Part shown: positions 1 through 9,455 of the stretch, piece by piece
How positions within the stretch are numbered: position 1 is the first letter of the stretch
Layout: every line of letters starts with the position of its first letter
Assembly: GCF_006345805.1 (NCBI RefSeq)
Contig: NW_021836834.1
Location: 1 to 51,395 of the forward strand
Reading direction: 5' to 3'
DNA: 51,395 nucleotides
Source: Octopus sinensis
Taxonomy: Eukaryota
Made by a program: the position numbers and the translations under genes
Notes under the pieces: model-generated
What the model saw: only the letters and a program-made list of their open reading frames with translations
Database searches by the model: none
Told to the model about the DNA's origin: nothing

Positions 1-59
1 TACCCCAGCTTCCTTCTTTGTTAGTGTCCTCTCTGCCATGTTTACCTGAAAGATCATGT

Positions 60-470
60 TGATTATGTTACCAGTTGTCATGGTCCCATGTCATTTCTTT
101 TGTGAAGCTCAGCATCTTGAGACTAGTTTTCACATCTTCATCCCATTTTCGGGGTTTTTCCCTTCTGTATGTACTATTCACTTCAAATGCTTAACACCCT
201 TTTTCTTTTATGCAGTTATCATCATCCTTACATATCACATGCTTGCAAATGACATCTGATCCTTCTCATACACATCTTTTCTCTCAGACCATTCCCAGTC
301 AATAATTCACACACGTTATCATTACACATTCAGCAGGACATGCTACTTTCATTTTTTTCTAGCCTTTGCAAATCCTCTACATTCAGGACCTAAGTCTCTG
401 ATAAGGGCAGGGTCTATGATTCATGCTGCCCATAAAAAAAACGCACAGCCTACTTATGTCATTCCTGTGA
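60..470 (-). mobile_element. Degraded RTE-clade LINE 3' coding fragment
   Basis: Minus strand translates to EVNSTYRREKPRKWDEDVKTSLKMLSFTKEMTWDHDNW, homologous to the RTE C-terminus at 12961-13143 and 41703-41897; stops and frameshifts present. Confidence 0.7.
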
Positions 471-529
471 TCTTATTTGTAACCTGACACTATCAAATGA
501 GTCACAAACAATGAGTGTGTATATATTCT

Positions 530-595
530 TTTATTCTTTTATTTGCTTCAGTCGTTTGACTGCAGCCATGCTGGAGCACCACCTTAAAAAACTAT
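530..595 (-). mobile_element. SINE family B, 3' end fragment
   Basis: Matches the reverse complement of the cagcatggccgcagtcaaatgactgaaacaagtaaaag tail seen in full copies (e.g. 24409-24810). Confidence 0.6.
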
Positions 596-637
596 AGATG
601 TACATATCTATATATGTTTGTATATATATATAAATAT

Positions 638-823
638 ATCATCATCATCATCATCCTTTAACGTCTGTTTTCCATGCTGACATAGGTTGGACTGTTTGAC
701 CAGAGCTGGCAAGCTGGAGAGCTGCACCAGGTTCCAGTCTGAGTTCGCTGGGTTTCTGTGGGCTGGATGCCCTTCCTAATGCCAACCACTTTACAGTGTG
801 TGCAAAGTGCTTTTAATACGGCA
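638..823 (-). mobile_element. RTE-type 3' tail ending in (ATG)n
   Basis: Reverse complement of the tail at 15960-16138 (gtggttggc.ttaggaagggcatccagc...gacgttaaa(tga)n). Confidence 0.8.
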
Positions 824-991
824 TATATAAATACAGGCATATACATATACATGTGTGTGTGTGTGTATGTGTGTAAATTTAAGTCACAATATATGGAGTT
901 AGGTAATCTGGTAGTATTCATAAAAAAAGCTCCTTAATGTATCATTCTATAAAACAGAATATATAGTACAATACAAGAGACAATGATAAAT

Positions 992-1222
992 GGCAGCGAA
1001 CTGGCAGAAACATTAGCACACCGGGCAAAATGCATAGTGGTATTTCATCTGCCGTCACGTTCTGAGTTCAAATTCCACTGAGGTTGACTTTGCCTTTCAT
1101 CCTTTAGAGGTCGATAAATTAAGTACCAGTTACGCACTGAGGCCAATGTAATTGACTTAATACCTTTGTCTGTCCTTGTTTGTCCCCTCTATATTTAGCC
1201 CCTTGTGGGCAATAAAGAAATA
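992..1222 (+). mobile_element. tRNA-derived SINE family A, full length
   Basis: Head tggcagaaacattagc and B-box-like gagttcaaattcc; core ttgcctttcatcc...aagtaccag; TSD agacaatgata at 978-988 and 1225-1235. Confidence 0.9.
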
Positions 1223-1394
1223 AAAGACAATGATATTCAAGTCATAATTGACAGAAATAGTTTGATGGAATTTTATTTAACAATAAGAAAATTTTTATAT
1301 CACAACAAATTGTTTCGTAACTCAAAAATATGTAAATAACTTATATTATTATATTTTATAATAAATAACTTGCATATTTACATTAATACAAATA

Positions 1395-1425
1395 ATACAC
1401 ACACATGCACACACATGTGCATATG

Positions 1426-1468
<43 letters not shown>

Positions 1469-1500
1469 GCACACACATGCACACTCACGCACACACCACT
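1395..1500. repeat. (CA)n microsatellite
   Basis: Directly visible. Confidence 0.95.
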
Positions 1501-2069
1501 CACTATGCCTGTCCTTCTTTTCAGAACTTCAATCCTCAGGAACTCTAGAATCTGTAGTTCTCAGCAATGGTTCAAGAGGAACATCAATCACAATGATCTC
1601 ACACTCACCATTCTTGGATAACTTGCAAGGACCCCACCTGCATTCTCCTACACATCAAGCGTATATCAAAAAGTAAAAAGAAATCAAATACTTGGCATGC
1701 TGCAGCCGTTTGTATGGTGAACTCTTCCCTTCACCCATGATATCAATTTAGAGGCAGATGGACAGTGAATGTAGTGGCTAATATGATACATGTATGTAGT
1801 TTTTGATTACAGCTGGGTTTTGTCAAATGCAGGAGTGAACCGTACCTTAGTATAATATTTATCTATGGCTAGTTTGATTGAACTGGATATGGAAATAAAT
1901 GAACTCCGCCTCCTTGTATTACTTATGTACAGCCACTTGGGTTTGGGCTGTCAAGAGTGATGTGTGTTTGCTGGAATCAGTGGAGCAGAAACAGGTGCAA
2001 TGTGAAACTTAACTGTTCCTTTGGCTGGTACATTGGTACATACTATGGACTGAGCCAACTGTCTGTCTC

Positions 2070-2400
2070 TACCTACCTACCTACCTACCTACCTACATAC
2101 CTACATACCTACCTACCAACCTACCTACTTACCTACCTACATACATATATACATACCTACCTACCTACCAACCTACCTACCTACATACCTACCTACATAC
2201 ATATATACATACATACCTGCCTACCTACCTACCTACCTACCTACCTACCTACCTACCTACATACCTACCTACATACATATATACATACATACCTACCTAC
2301 CTACCTACCTACCTACCTACTTACCTACCTGCCTACCTGCCTACCTACATGCCTGCCTGTCTGTCTGCCTATACGCATGTATACATACACACACACATAC
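2070..2400. repeat. (CCTA)n/(CATA)n microsatellite
   Basis: Directly visible; explains the YLPT ORF. Confidence 0.95.
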
Positions 2401-2424
2401 ATATATTTGTTGCCAAAACAGTCT

Positions 2425-2526
2425 GGCCAGCTCTTGTCAAACCGTCCCACCCATGCATGGAAGACAGACGTTGAACAATGACAATGATGATGATGAGGAT
2501 AATGATGATAATGATGATGATGATGA

Positions 2527-2530
<4 letters not shown>
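2425..2530 (+). mobile_element. Short RTE-type 3' tail with (ATG)n
   Basis: gtcaaaccgtcccacccatgcatggaagacagacgttgaac followed by (atg)n. Confidence 0.7.
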
Positions 2531-2567
<37 letters not shown>

Positions 2568-2663
2568 TTCTCTCTCTCTCTTCTTTCTTTCTCTCTCTCT
2601 ATATATATATATGTATATGTTTGTCTGTATAGTTCTGACTGCTGGCCTGTCTGTGTGTCTGTC

Positions 2664-2752
<89 letters not shown>
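2530..2752. repeat. Compound (CT)n/(GTCT)n/(TA)n microsatellite
   Basis: Directly visible. Confidence 0.95.
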
Positions 2753-2754
<2 letters not shown>

Positions 2755-2757
<3 letters not shown>

Positions 2758-3000
2758 TAATCCAAACAAGAAAGCACAAAAAAACACAACAACGCGAGGA
2801 CGTTGAACAAATATAGTATTACTGGATGCTAAGGAAAGAAGGAGGGTTTAACGTTTCGAGCGGAGCACTTCGTCGGAAACATAGGAGAAGAAAAGATCCA
2901 GAGAAGGGAAGACAGAGGGAAAAAAATCGCCAGCGGTACACACATTTTGAATGACCGGAAGGAAATGGGTGGAGAAAAGTTCTTTCAAAGACAGGATAGT
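2755..3000 (-). mobile_element. Penelope-type terminal-repeat-like sequence carrying a minimal hammerhead motif
   Basis: Minus strand 2880-2846 reads gttt-ccgacga-agtgctccgctc-gaaa-cg-tt-aaac, a type-I hammerhead layout with palindromic helix III. Confidence 0.55.
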
Positions 3001-3019
3001 GGTAGAGGAGGAGGAATGT

Positions 3020-4420
3020 GTGTGTAAGTGTGGATATGTGCGTGCGCGAAGGTTTGTGTGTGCATGTGTGTGTATGTGTGTATGTGTGCAATGATAACAC
3101 GTGTGTGTGTGTGTGCGTGTGTGTGTGGTTGTGGCTGTTAATCTTTGCGTGTTGTAGGGCTTAGTAGTGTTTAAGGTCAAGGAAGAAGGAATTGGGAGTG
3201 GCTCCTTTTGTCTCTACCACAGGTCAGTAGTAGGTACTGCTAGTTTGAAGTATGTGTGTGTGTGCGTCTATGTATATGTATCATGTGTGTGTTTTGTTTG
3301 CAGTGTGTGTGTGTGTGTTTGTATGTATGTGTGTATGTATTGTGTGTTCGTGTGTGTATGCGTAGAGTTTGGTTGTCTGGCGAATAACTGTGCTTTACTT
3401 AGTGTATGTGTGCGTGTGTGCTTGTACAGGCGTATGTGTGTATACATGTATGTATAATTGTGTGCGTGTATGTATAATTGTGTGCCGTGTGTATGGGATG
3501 TATGTGTGGGTTCATTTGTGCGTGTGTGTGTATGTATGTGCGTGTAGTTGTGTGTGCGTTTGTATGTGTGTGTGTAAGCGTATATGGGTGTATATACGTG
3601 TATCCATGGGGTTGTGAGTTTTGGGTGTGTGCATTCATGTGCGTGCGTATGTGTGCGCATGTTTTTGTGTGCGTGTGTGTGTGTGTGTCTGTGTCTATAT
3701 GTGTATATGTATGTGTATGTGTGTGTGCACGTCTAGGCATATATTGTGTGTATGTATACGTATCGGTGTGTATGTGAATTTGTATATGCGTGTGTGTGTG
3801 GGTTTTTGGAGTTGTGTGGGCGTAATGTGTGTGTGTGTGCTTGTGTGCATGTGTGCACTTACGTGTGTGTATGTGCGTGTGTGTATGTGCGTGTGTGTCT
3901 GTGCCCATATGTGTATAAGTGTGTGCGTATCTGTATGAGTATTGTTTGTTGGAGGTATATATGGGCATCTGTGCTGGTGTGTGTGTATGTACGTGTGTAT
4001 GTGTGTGTGCGTGTATTGTGTACATATGTACATGCGTGTATGTGTATGTGCGTGTACGTGACCGTGGAGATGTGTGTCAGGTTGTGTTCATTTTATTGTG
4101 TGTACGTGTGTGTGCTTGAGTATGTGCGTGTATGTGGCTATGTGTACGTTTATGTGTGTGTGTCTAAAGGTATGTGTATCTGTGTGTGCATGGGGTTGGA
4201 TGGGATAGGTTTCTGTGCATTCCTGTGCGTGTGTGTACATGTGTGTGTGCACGGGCATGTGTGCGCGCGCGTGGGTGTGTGTATTTGTGTATGTATGCGT
4301 GTGTGTATGTGTGTGGAAGTATGTGTGCGTATATGTGCATGTATGTTGTATGTGTGTGGTGTGTTGGAGGTATGTGTGTGTTCGTGGATACGTGAGTATG
4401 TGTGTGTATGTGTTTGTGTA
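3020..4420. repeat. ~1.4 kb degenerate (GT)n/(GTAT)n array
   Basis: Directly visible; source of all VC/HT-rich ORFs here. Confidence 0.95.
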
Positions 4421-4469
4421 TAAGAACAATAATTTATAAAAACAATAAAATAATATATATATATATATA

Positions 4470-4715
4470 TGCCTTGTGAGTGGATTTGGTAGACGGAAAC
4501 TGAAAGAAGCCTGTCGTATATATGTATATATATATAAGTGTGTGTGTCTGTGTTTGTCCCCCTAGCATTGCTTGACAACCGATGCTGGTGTGTTTATGTC
4601 CCCGTCACTTAGCGGTTCGGCAAGAATAAGTCCCGGGGTCGATTTGCTCGACTAAAGGCGGTGCTCCAGCATGGCCGCAGTCAAATGACTGAAACAAGTA
4701 AAAGAGTAAGAGAGT
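4470..4715 (+). mobile_element. SINE family B, 5'-truncated
   Basis: gccttgtgagtggatttggtagacggaaactgaaagaagcc...gtaaaagag matches other copies. Confidence 0.85.
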
Positions 4716-5599
4716 AAATATATATATATCTGTACCTTGAAACTTCCTAAGTCCATTGAATTACCTGCTTACCCACAACAAACATCCAAAACAGTGAAAA
4801 AACAAAAAGCATAAACAAAACATTTTTTATTCTATTTTATTTATTTACCTATTTATCTATTTGTTTATATATTTTTTGTTGTTGTGGCACAACCACAATG
4901 GTGATGATGGTGGTGGTGGTGGGGTTGACCCAGCTGATGTAATCAACAATTAACAGGTGAAAGAAGTGAAGTAAGGTTGACTGAATGTGCTCATTCTTTG
5001 TTATCTAATGTCTTTGTAATAATCTACAACCACCACTGCTAGAAGAAGGAAAAGTTAAAAGCAATTTATCAATCGAGTAGAAGGTCAGTAAATCTGATAG
5101 TAATGAAAGGCAACTTGTATGAAAAATTTCCCCAGGCTTTCAAATTTGAACAATATGCGGTGTTATAATACTCATACAATGGTAAAAAAAAAAAAAAAAG
5201 AAAAAGAAAAAAATGTGTAGTCATATTCTGTGACATTACAGTCGAACTAGTACAAGAACAAAAAAAAATGAATAAATAAATAAAATAAGATAAATAAATA
5301 AAATGAGTAAAGAAATATATAAAAAAAATCACAAACAAAAATAAAGAAACAAATAAATGGCATGATTTACTTCTTTAATTGTCCTTTGATTTGTCAGCGC
5401 CTGTTCAGTGAAGGTCTGTGTAGAATATTTCTATAATGTTGTAAAGATGAATGAAAATAAGCATTTCACACTACCTGGTTTTGAAAAGGCGCCAATTCTA
5501 TCAGCCTAATCAATCCCACGAAATACTTTTATGTATTCGACTTGTGGCTTTATTCAGAGAAAATAAAATTAGTACCTATATAAAACTTGAATTAAGTAC

Positions 5600-5790
5600 T
5601 TGGTGAATAATTTGAATAGCAGCATTTATATTTCTGAGTTCAAATTCTGCCGAGGTCAGCTTCACCTTTTGTTCCTCAGGAGGTCAATAAAATAAGGTAC
5701 CAGCCAAGTACTTAGGTTGATGGTATCAACTTATTCCCTCCCTCACATTTCAAACTTTGTGCCTATATTAGAAATAATAATAATAATAAT
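5600..5790 (+). mobile_element. SINE family C (same head and core as A, different tail, ends in (AAT)n), degraded
   Basis: ctgagttcaaattctgccgagg...aaataaggtaccag...actttgtgcctatattagaaa(taa)n. Confidence 0.65.
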
Positions 5791-5802
5791 AATAGTATTA
5801 AT

Positions 5803-6152
5803 TGAGAAAGAAAGCAAACAATGCTGACAACAAGGTATGCAATAAGGAAGAAAGAAAAGTTGATAGATACAACAAGTTAGCTTGGGAGGTTAAGCAGTTG
5901 TGGTCGATGAAAAAGGTGGTAGTAGTACCAATAATTGTCGAAGCACTGGGAACATTGAGTAAAAATCTTGAGAAGTAAAAGGAACAAATAGGGGCTGCAA
6001 AAAGGATGGAACATTTGCAGAAAACAGTACTGCTTGGAACCGCTCGAATACTCTAGATGTTGCTCGAAAAATAAAGGGTGTTACCTTAATTCACTATTAG
6101 TGAACAGCTGACACCTTAGTACATCTCCAGCATTAGATTCTGTGCAAAGACA
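5803..6152 (+). mobile_element. R4/Dong-like non-LTR retrotransposon, 3' fragment (RLE C-terminus plus 3' UTR)
   Basis: Translates ADNKVCNKEERKVDRYNKLAWEVKQLWSMKKVVVVPIIVEALGTLSKNLEK...LQKTVLLGTARIL; flanked by (TAA)n. Confidence 0.8.
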
Positions 6153-6203
<51 letters not shown>

Positions 6204-6204
<1 letters not shown>

Positions 6205-6668
6205 TGTCTTGGTATAAAAGATGGGCTACAGCAAATATTCTGCTCAATACCACAGATTTGCTTGTCAGTTGTTTGACCTTAACCAGTTGAGCATGTCCCT
6301 TAGTGGCTGACGATATGTGCATCTCTGATCACGAGCAGAAGTAGTGGGGGAGAATCATAGCCATGTGTTGAGAGGAATTCTTTGAGGTTTGAATAGTTCA
6401 CCTCTGGAAACATGGGTGTTTTGTTCATCATCCTTAAACAAACCTTATTCAGAGACCTTTTGAACAAGATTAGCTACTCAACCTGAAGAAAATTCTAACT
6501 GGGCCCCATCTGCGAAGTCATGCACTGTTTATCTTGATTTGAGATTACCATGTTGCGTACACATGGTTGTGATGCATGCACCTGGTGTACCCTTATCAGA
6601 CGGGTCGTGATGACGATGCATATATTAGGCTTTATATATTTTACCCCAGGGCCACTGCTCTTTCACTC
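6204..6668 (+). mobile_element. Unclassified ~555 bp (TAA)n-embedded element, 5'-truncated copy
   Basis: Homologous to 8554-9108; ends ctttcactc(aat)n. Confidence 0.85.
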
Positions 6669-6706
6669 AATAATAATAATAATAATAATAATAATATAAT
6701 AATAAT

Positions 6707-6974
6707 TGGCCTGCTCACTTAGCCAGTGGGGTGGCGTCATTTGAATGCTAAAACAATACAAAGTGCATTGTGACCAGTGATGTGTAGCAACATCTGATAG
6801 CCTGGTTAGTCACGTGAATAATAATAATAATAATAATATAATAATAATAATAATAATATATAATAATGGCCTGCTCACTTAGCCAGTGGGGTGGCGTCAT
6901 TTGAATGCTAAAACAATACAAAGTGCATTGTGACCAGTGATGTGTAGCAACATCTGATAGCCTGGTTAGTCACG

Positions 6975-6976
<2 letters not shown>
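6707..6976 (+). repeat. Two identical 110 bp units (6707-6816, 6867-6976) separated by (TAA)n
   Basis: tggcctgctcacttagccag...gttagtcacgtg repeated exactly with a 160 bp period. Confidence 0.9.
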
Positions 6977-7022
<46 letters not shown>

Positions 7023-7029
7023 GCAATAA

Positions 7030-7157
7030 TGTGGTATTAGGCAGAATATTTGCTGTAGTCCATCTTTTAAACCAAGACAAAACAATGTACATGATAGCAC
7101 TTCCAATCAGTTAAGATTAGAAGCCACGAGAGCCAGTCCTGGTATCACGTGAGGGCA
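7030..7157 (-). mobile_element. Unclassified ~555 bp element, inverted 5' part only
   Basis: Reverse complement matches the first ~130 nt of 8554-9108. Confidence 0.75.
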
Positions 7158-7170
7158 TTTATTATTTATT

Positions 7171-7248
<78 letters not shown>

Positions 7249-7261
7249 TATTATTATTATT

Positions 7262-7378
7262 ATTATTCTATGTTTGACTTTGCTTTATGTTTGTACAAGT
7301 TGGTTCCAAGTCTCACCCAGAGACCTCAAGAGACAACAGGTTGGAAGTTCACGTTGTTGTTATGCCTAGTGTGCCATT
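7262..7378 (-). mobile_element. Probable 3' UTR of an R4/Dong-like element within (TTA)n
   Basis: Unique 115 bp block running into (TAA)n on the minus strand; no coding remnant, assignment is by context. Confidence 0.4.
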
Positions 7379-7381
7379 ATT

Positions 7382-7441
<60 letters not shown>

Positions 7442-7452
7442 ATTATTATTAT

Positions 7453-8464
7453 TGTTGTTAGCCCTGATCCTTTTGCTCTGGCAGATGTTATATTGACATT
7501 ATACCAAAAGAACAAGCCATATCTAATGGCCAAAGGTCCTTTGGGCTACTTCTCCTTCAATTTTCTAAGACCTTAGAATCCTTGCTACTCCCAACAAGGC
7601 TGTTTTCTGCAACAATCTTGTTCTGATGGTAATTTCTAGCTTCTCAAGCCATGCATCCAACCTTTTACTAGCTGCTCTCAGTGCACCAACCACAATTGGT
7701 ACCACTTCTTAGAGTCTGATTCTTCACAGATTCCTGGTTTCCCTCTCTCATTTACCTTGTGGTCCCATGGTGAAGCAATATTCACAATAATTGCTTTGTC
7801 CTTTTTTTATCTGACGACAACGTCAGGTTTTCTAGCCACGATCAGATGGTAACACTGGATGGTCATGTCCCACAAGATCTTATACTGTTCAGCAACCACC
7901 TTTTCAGTTGATGCTCATACCATTTCTCACTTCTGCTCATGTCATACTTATGACAGAGCTTCCAGTGAATCAATCTGGCAATGTTGTCATGCTCTCTCTT
8001 GTACTTACATTCAATAATAATGTGGTTTATTGTTTCACCTTTCCTACCACACAACCTACAAAGTGGGGAACTCACTAACTTGTCAAGATTGAACATGAAA
8101 TTGCTTGTTCCTGGTGCCTATTCTTGGATTGTGAAGAGAAGGACTTTAGTTTCCACTTTCAGGTCACTTTTCCCAGTCCATTCCCAGATCTTATTTTTAT
8201 CAATTGTCATAGGTATTTCCCACAAGAATTGATCATACATATTTTTTTCTTTCCATTTTTCAGGGTATCCTTCTGTCTGTCTTGTTTAAGTTCTCCATTT
8301 TCCTTGCTTCATCATAGGACTTTTATCTTTCTTGCTCCTTCCATCAATCTCTCCTTTGAATTCTTTACATACCATGCCAGATTATTTTCCTCAGACTTAG
8401 CACACATTTCACAGTTAATGAGACCTCTACTTTGTCTCTGTAGTGATTGATACAACCAGTCTTT
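7453..8464 (-). mobile_element. R4/Dong-like LINE, 5'-truncated (thumb, CCHC finger, RLE)
   Basis: Minus strand: RGLINCEMCAKSEENNLAWYVKNS; CRLCGRKGETINHIIIEC; ARKPDVVV..KAIIVNIASPWD; VVPIVVGAL; LLQKTALLGVARIL; frameshifted. Confidence 0.9.
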
Positions 8465-8487
8465 ATAATAATAATAATAATTATAAC

Positions 8488-8553
<66 letters not shown>

Positions 8554-9108
8554 TGCCCTGATGCAGTACCAGGCAGTGGCTCTCATGGCTTCTGATCTTA
8601 ACTGATTGGAAGTGTTATCATGTACATTGTTTTGTCTTGGTATAAAAGATGGGCTACAGCAAATATTCTGCTCAAAACCACAGATTTGCTTGTCAGTTGT
8701 TTGACCTTAACCAGTTGAGCATGTCCCTTGGTGGCTGACGATATGTGCATCTCTGATCACGAGCAGAAGTAGTGGGGGAGCATCATAGCCATGTGTTGAG
8801 AGGGATTCTTTGGGGTTTGAATAATTCACCTCTGGAAACATGGGTGTTTCATTCAACATCCTTAAACAACCCTTATTCAGGGACCTTTTGAGTGGGATGG
8901 GTTACTCGACCTGAAGAAAATTCTAACTGGGCCCCACCTGCAAGGTCATGTGCTGTTTATTTTGATATGAGATTACCATGTCGCGCACATATGGTTGTGA
9001 TGCATGTGCCTGGTGTACCCTTATCAGATGGTTAGTCATGATGGGTATACTGGGCTTCGTATATTTTACCCCAGTGTCACTTTGATGGCATGCACTACTC
9101 TCTCACTC
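8554..9108 (+). mobile_element. Unclassified ~555 bp (TAA)n-embedded element, full length
   Basis: tgccctgatgcagtaccagg...ctctctcactc flanked by (TAA)n on both sides; 6 copies in window. Confidence 0.9.
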
Positions 9109-9155
<47 letters not shown>

Positions 9156-9156
<1 letters not shown>

Positions 9157-9189
9157 CCTTTCTACTGTAGGCACAAGGCCTGAAACTCG
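9156..9189 (-). mobile_element. SINE family C tail remnant
   Basis: Reverse complement tttcaggccttgtgcctacagtagaaagg(att)n resembles the tails at ~5750 and ~12725. Confidence 0.55.
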
Positions 9190-9455
9190 TCCTCCGAGTT
9201 TTGTTTTGCAGCGGAGGTGAAATTGCTACGATGGCTTGTTGTGTTGTTGCTGGTGGTGGTGTCGGTGTGGCTGCTGGTCGTTTTCTTTCCCTCCTTCTCC
9301 GGTACAGGAGCACTGGTGGAGGAAAGAGAAGGAAAATCTTCGTTGACGTCAAAAGTGACGCCATCGTTGTCGCTTTTCTTTGGAACGCTCTTTCTTCCGT
9401 CCTTCTCCAGTACTGGAGCACTGGTGGAGGGAAGAGAAGGAAAATCTTCGAGGCC
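9190..9455 (-). other. Antisense coding-like segment fused to the LINE 5' end (possible inverted ORF1 fragment)
   Basis: Open frame EDFPSLPSTSAPVLEK...EDFPSLSSTSAPVPEK with a 108 bp (36-codon) offset repeat. Confidence 0.5.

Noticed and set aside
992-1080. tRNA genes at SINE heads (also 24409, 26121, 46700)
   Set aside because: Only A/B-box-like remnants; no complete cloverleaf, and each continues into a SINE body
1525-1672. Possible plus-strand exon after tgtccttcttttcag
   Set aside because: Two frames are partly open, the donor is weak, the peptide is unrecognisable, and nothing supports neighbouring exons
2468-2811. 12 bp direct repeat gacgttgaacaa flanking a microsatellite block
   Set aside because: Each copy belongs to a different repeat family; likely coincidence rather than a TSD
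1957-4578. Many long ORFs (YLPT, VCVC, HTHT types), also at 17958-18560, 20911-21711, 25281-28556, 30866-31584 and elsewhere
   Set aside because: They are translations of simple repeats that lack stop codons; no evidence of coding function
8554-9108. Ribozyme within the 555 bp element (ctgacga near 8735; ctgataag on the minus strand; HDV-like P3/L3 at the 5' end)
   Set aside because: I could not complete a hammerhead (no suitably placed GAAA or helix III) or an HDV fold (no P1/P1.1) by eye
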